Of a DNA stretch of 64,000 bases, positions 55,340 to 64,000 are shown in pieces. Under the pieces are notes generated by a model that worked only from the letters and a program-made list of their open reading frames with translations, was not told the DNA's origin and made no database searches. The stretch is taken from the NCBI RefSeq assembly GCF_009914755.1, contig NC_060946.1. One strand, 5' to 3'. Origin of the DNA: the human T2T-CHM13v2.0 reference genome, Homo sapiens. Numbering within the stretch: position 1 is the first letter of the stretch; each line of letters begins with the position of its first letter. Both the position numbers and the translations under genes were made by a program.

Positions 55340-57244
55340 TGAACCACCCGCCTCGGCCTCCCAAAGTGCTGGGATTACAGGCGTAAGCCACCGCGCCCGG
55401 CCAACTCACACAGAGGAAAAAGTGTGCAAAGTCAAACTGTGAGGAAATAAAAGACGGAGAAGCAAGTCCAGAAAGCACCTCGTTCAGGTTACGTGACAAT
55501 TCCGGGGTGGCCTGTGTCCCTCTCCCATCTCCCTTGCTAATGCAATACTCACGGGGTAGCTGTGCTTCACCAACACACACAAACGTAGGCTTGGCTTTTT
55601 GGGAGCAGTCACATGTGAGCTCATTTTTGCCAAACATTAAATAAAAAGCATGGTAGAATTTGAGGATGCACTTTAAATCATCAAATAGTTCCAGGGAATG
55701 AAAGAGCAGAACTTTGGGTTGTTTTTCTGTGCCAGGAGAGAGTGGTGGGGGGCGGAGGAGACCCTTGTTAGAAGATGATGTATTTTGAGATTACTAGATT
55801 CACAGAAGATGCACGTGAATATACTCTAACCATTTAAAATTATGTTTCTGAATGCTGCCTTAAAAAATACAACAAGTTATTATCATAATAAAGTGAGGGA
55901 GAGTGGAGGGGTAATTATCCAGACAGCCCATTCCAAAATCTATCATATAAATTATCTCCAGATTGTACACTACTTAAAGGTAGAAGAGGATCTTTGAGTT
56001 TAACCCTTGTACACTTTGTGATTGTGCCTGTCACTCAATAAATAGTTGATTAATTTGGGGGACGCACCAGGAGCAGTGTTTCCTATCTGAAAGGTGGACC
56101 ACCGAACTCAGAGGCGGCCCTCTGAGACCAGCAGGATGCAAGTGCGACGACCAATACAAATATCTGAGCATTCAATGGAGTTTTTCCAAACTTCTAGCCT
56201 GTTTCTGGGGTGATTTTTTTTCTTAGGATTTAGCAGTACTCCACCGCGCTACAGCAGTTAGCATTTCTAAAGCACACACTCCAACACCCTTCGGCCGTAG
56301 CACATTCAATCCCTCCGCCGGGGCGTGGGGGTCTCCTCCCCTCCGAGCACAGTCCCCGGCTTCCCGATCTCCTCTGCCCCATCCCCCCGCCTTCCAAGCA
56401 CATTGTGCTCACTCTTCCAGGCAGCTCTTTCAGCGGCCGGGCAGTAGCAGGGTTCCGAGCCCGTCTTCTCCGGGGCGGTCACACGTGTCCATTCCCTGGG
56501 GTTGGGGATCGCTCTTCCCGCTTGGCTGCTGATTGGTGCCTCCCCCTACCCCACCCTTCCCGCCGCTCTCCAGCCTCCATCCTACTTCGTTCCAGCTCAA
56601 TCAGCCCCACCGCCTTCTTCCCTCGGAGAAAAAAGCCACTTCAGAGCTCCTTGGGCGCCGTTCTCGGCTGGAATAAAAGCGTTAAGAAACAGGTGGAAAG
56701 CACTTCACTTCTCTAGGCTTCATATTTCTAGGGTGGACAGCCCGCTCCTGCTCCGGCTCTGCCCTCGGCATCAATAATAACTGAACTCCCACACGTGCAC
56801 GTTTCTGTCTCTAGCCCGACCGAAAGGACCACCCCGCGGGCCCTTTAAAAGGACGCGACCACTCAGGCCAAGTGGGGGTGGGAGAGCTCCTGGCCGTCCT
56901 CCCTTGGGAAAGTGCTTCAACTCCCCAGTCCCAAAGTCCTGGAGGGCGGAGGGCGCCTCGTGAGAGTTCTCGGGGGTGCGGCCCGCGCCCCCTGGGTCCT
57001 GCGGATCTGGGCCCGGGGGCGCGCGCCCCGCCCCTCCCCCTCCCTGGCGGTGCAGCTGTCCGGGCGGGGGTGGGGCGGGGGCGGGGGTTGTTGTTGTGGC
57101 GCGGGCAGCCCCGCCCCCTCCTCGTGGGCGGCCCCTCCCCCAGGCCCCGCGTCCGGCCCCTCCGCCCCTAGCCCCATCTGTTTCTCCGGCGGGGACTCGA
57201 TTATATTGTAGGGGACTGGGGGCGGCCGCCGCCGCAGCCGCGGG

Positions 57245-57298
57245 ATGGGGCGAGCGCGCGGACCCCGCGGGCAGCCGCAGCCGCAGCCGCCTCAGTAG
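57245..57298 (+). promoter_or_regulatory. Upstream ORF (17 aa, MGRARGPRGQPQPQPPQ*) in the probable CECR2 5'UTR
   Basis: ATG at 57245 in gggATGg context and TAG at 57296-57298, in the same frame as the CECR2 ATG. Inclusion in the mRNA depends on the TSS position. Confidence 0.65.
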
Positions 57299-57499
57299 TT
57301 CGGGCCCCCGCGCCGCCGCCCCCCGCCCGGCGCCCGCCCTCGGCTCCTGCACTCGCCGAGCGGCGGCAGCAGCGGGAGGAGCGCCCCGCCGCCCCCGCCG
57401 AGGACCGCGCGGAGGCTGCGGCGCTGCCGCGGCGGGAGTCCCAGGTCGGCGGGCAGAGCGCGGGCAGCGAGGGGCCGCCGCCTGTGCCGCAGCGGGGAG

Positions 57500-57625
57500 A
57501 TGTGCCCAGAGGAGGGCGGCGCGGCCGGGCTGGGCGAGCTCCGCTCCTGGTGGGAGGTCCCGGCCATCGCGCACTTCTGCTCGCTCTTTCGCACCGCGTT
57601 CCGCCTGCCCGACTTCGAGATCGAG
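57500..57625 (+). CDS. CECR2: CECR2 (chromatin remodelling regulator, CERF complex subunit) coding exon 1, 42 codons, start of the DDT domain
   Basis: Translates MCPEEGGAAGLGELRSWWEVPAIAHFCSLFRTAFRLPDFEIE, which I recognise as the CECR2 N-terminus. Ends at a consensus donor GAG|gtgagt (57625/57626), phase 0, inside a CpG island. Confidence 0.96.
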
Positions 57626-60104
57626 GTGAGTGGCCGCGCGGGCGGGAGGCGGCGCGCTGCGCCCCCTGCTCCCCCTGCCCCGCGCGGGGTGTCCCGGGCC
57701 GTCGCGCAGAGGGGCCGGGGCCCGAGGGACTTCGGCCGGGAGTCGGGGGCCAGGAGGAGGGCGCAAAAGGGCAGGAGGGCGGGCGGGGGCCGCCGGGCTG
57801 TGCCCGGGTGCCGAGGGGCGTCGGGCCGGGGACGCCGGATCCTGGGGTGGAGGAGCAGGCACCGCGAGGGCGGGGCGGGCCCGTGCTTTTGTGGGAGAGG
57901 GAGCGGGAGCGGGACCCGGCGACCCTCCCGGGACTTCTCCGGTGGGCTGGGGCTGGGTGTGGGCGCGAGGGCTGCGCGCGCTCGCCGCCCGGTGCCATTG
58001 AGGCGCGAGCCAGCTGCTCCGGCGGGGCCGGGCGCGGGGGGGGGGCCCGCGCGGGATTAACTCGGACCGGGGCGGGAGTCGGCCGCGGCCGGCGGGGAGG
58101 GCTAGCCCCGCTCTGGCGGGCGGGCGCGTGGCAGGGGCTCCCGGAGGCCCCAAGCTCCCGGGAGGCGCTCCGGCCAACTTCGGGCCGGTGGGGACCGGGC
58201 CTGGGCGCGGGGCTCTGGAGGTGTGGAAGGAAAGTTTGGGACTCCGTTATTCTTCCACAGCGTCCTTCCTCCCGTAATATCCAGCCTCTTTATCGCGGGG
58301 CTCGGGAGCCCTTGGAGTTGATCTCGCCACCATTATCCCCCCGGGCGAGCGCGGAGGACGGGCTGGCCATTCTGGCCAGGCCGGAGGTGTTTTCCAGCCC
58401 GGGGCTTTGTGATAACTGGGCCGAAACCCGAGGGTCCTGGAGCGCGGCGGGTGGCGGGAGCTTGCGGAGCGCGGCGCACTCGGCGGCCAGGCATCGGCCA
58501 GCCCAGCGGCAGCCCCCTTTCTCCTATTTTTATTTTTATTTTTGGAAGGAGCTGAGAATTAGTCGATTGGTTGGCAGGTTGAATTGCCTTCTCTTCTATG
58601 GCAATATGTGTCGTGACTTTTCACCTTTTGCCTTTGGACAAAGGTGAATGGCAACTGCGTTGGTCAGTTTTTGTTTTCTGTTCTGCGGATGGGTTCGCCG
58701 ACGCAGTAATCAAAATTAGAGCCACTCTTTTGGAAGAGCAAATCGTTGTTGTTGCCTCCCCAGCCCCACGGATCTTACTTTGTGCCATTTTCGGGTTGAT
58801 TTTAACTCGTTTATTTCAGAGCTCTTTGCCTCACCTTTATTTTTAGATTTAGTCGTGTTTGCTGAAATATCAGTTGCTTCTTCTGTGAATGAAGTGTGGG
58901 AACTTGCTCTCGTCGCAGTTAATGAAATCAGGAAAATAAAAAGATCAAAAGGGTTGGGGATGGGAGAATGAAGAGGAATGTAGACAGATAGTCTAGGGCC
59001 ACTCACTGGCTTTTGGCGATTCTTAGTTCCTTAAGCTGATTAAAACAATGTGAGGAAATGTGGGCTTCTCCACTTTTTAGGAAGAGGTAATAACGGGCAT
59101 TTTACGTGGCGCCACAGCGTTTGTTTTCAAAGTTTGAACGTGAATGTAGCAAGCATAATTTTATTAATGAAAATATTCTTTAGACAACTGTTAATATTGA
59201 CGAAAGAAGAGAAACAGAGACACGGAAGCTAAAGAGTTGGGAATCCTAAAGGTCAAAGGATGTTTCTCAGTTACTCTGATGTCCTGTGTTTTCTTTCAGT
59301 TGGTACAAAATCGTGAGTAGTTTAATTATATCCTGCAGTCAAAATGGTGGCTGTGGTGGGAGGTGCCGCCTGTGACAGGGCCATCTTGGGTGCTGGTAAA
59401 CTTGCACCTAGTCCCTTTTCTTCCTTGCGAGATAAAGTTGAGGTGGTGCTGGGATTATGAGTTCAGAGTTTAAAGACCCATCCTAAAAATATTGTTGGAA
59501 AAACTTTATGTCTCAAAATCCATGTATTCCCATTTTGTTGATGAAAAGCTAGAGGTAACTCATTTTGCCTTAAGTACTCGCAGCATATTTAGAGTAACCT
59601 GTAAATAACTTGTCTTCTGTTATAAGCAATAAACTTGTGGTTTCTGAGAATTAGCTGGTTTAATTCCTAAAGGAAATGTAAACTGATTAAAGAGGTCAAA
59701 TTTATATGTATAACATGAAAAATCACTGTAGTTTACATGGTGAATAATCAAGGCTATTTGATATGACTGTCCTCTCTTTTGACTCCAGTGTTTCTTGGAA
59801 ATGACACTTTTTTGGGGCTAAAATACATGCTGTTTGAAATACATGCAACAGAAATGAATATTTGGCTTCAAACATGCAGGTTTTAAGAACTATCCACACT
59901 CGTTTTTATTTGGAGATGTTCAGTCAGTGGATAACAAAGTGACTTTTCTCACCTGCAGTTTTTGTCTAATCCATCTCAGGTATGTTTTGATATGGCTAAT
60001 GGAAATTTTAACTTACGCTTTTTAGTAGTTATCAAAAATTAGAATTTTATTGGGAATGATTATATGTGAGATTTAAAAATTAAGATTTAAGAATGTATTT
60101 TCTC

Positions 60105-63713
<3,609 letters not shown>

Positions 63714-64000
63714 CTATTTAATGTAACATACTAGAGGATAAAATGCCTTCTAAAGATTCAGGATCTGCACCCTCACCAAGGAGGAAAGCCAAAGAACAGG
63801 ATGTGAATTACAGAAGGACAGATCTGTGCAGGCTAAGATCCTGAAAGGGGAGAATGTGCTATCATAATGTAACTCTTTAAAAGTGAATACCAGGTCCCCT
63901 TTCTATTTATACCCACGCTTTGAAAGGAAAGGCTTGCTGCTTTGGTGTGTGTGTGTGTGCCCACCATGTGAAGCTTCAAAGGCTTCACAGTTGGGATCTT

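Larger units (their letters stand above)
56300..58520 (+). promoter_or_regulatory. CECR2: CpG island / CECR2 main promoter and 5'UTR
   Basis: Very GC- and CpG-dense and free of interspersed repeats. Contains several GGGCGG Sp/KLF boxes (e.g. 57062-57087) and AT-rich islets at ~56843 (ctttaaaa) and ~57201 (ttatatt). Boundaries approximate. Confidence 0.93.

Noticed and set aside
57626-58060. Continuation of the 186-aa ORF beyond CECR2 residue 42
   Set aside because: It reads through the consensus donor into intron 1, and similarity to CECR2 ends at FEIE.
56771-58647. Long ORFs in the CpG island (468, 387, 265 and 217 aa)
   Set aside because: Low-complexity Pro/Ala/Gly/Arg frames on both strands are expected from stop-codon scarcity in very GC-rich DNA; no recognisable domain.

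Overview
Human genomic DNA (it carries an AluYb8, a human-specific subfamily). It corresponds to the 22q11 cat-eye-syndrome critical region just upstream of and including the 5' end of CECR2. The only secure coding sequence is CECR2 coding exon 1 (57500-57625, +), inside a large CpG island and followed by the start of intron 1. Two splice-compatible segments (2501-2592, 16737-16984) reproduce the C-terminal part of the putative CECR9 protein as I recall it; their coding status is doubtful. By eye roughly half the window is Alu, nested into older L1M, L2, L3/CR1, MIR, MaLR/ERVL/ERV1 LTRs and hAT/mariner remnants. I see no prokaryotic-type system, CRISPR array, tRNA or rRNA, and I cannot claim a new biological system. 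The best leads are: (1) a TSD-flanked chimeric retrocopy made of an Alu left monomer fused to a full-length 7SL, at a target site that was hit three times; (2) a strong-Kozak uAUG in frame with CECR2 and separated from it by a single TAG; (3) an in-frame 21-nt microexon or recursive-splice motif in CECR2 intron 1; (4) several locally templated direct and inverted duplications; (5) an LTR10-type solo LTR whose p53-like site has one core in the CpG-precursor state; (6) a perfect 3x36-bp E-box/palindrome tandem repeat. Repeat-family names come from recognition by eye and most repeat boundaries are approximate.
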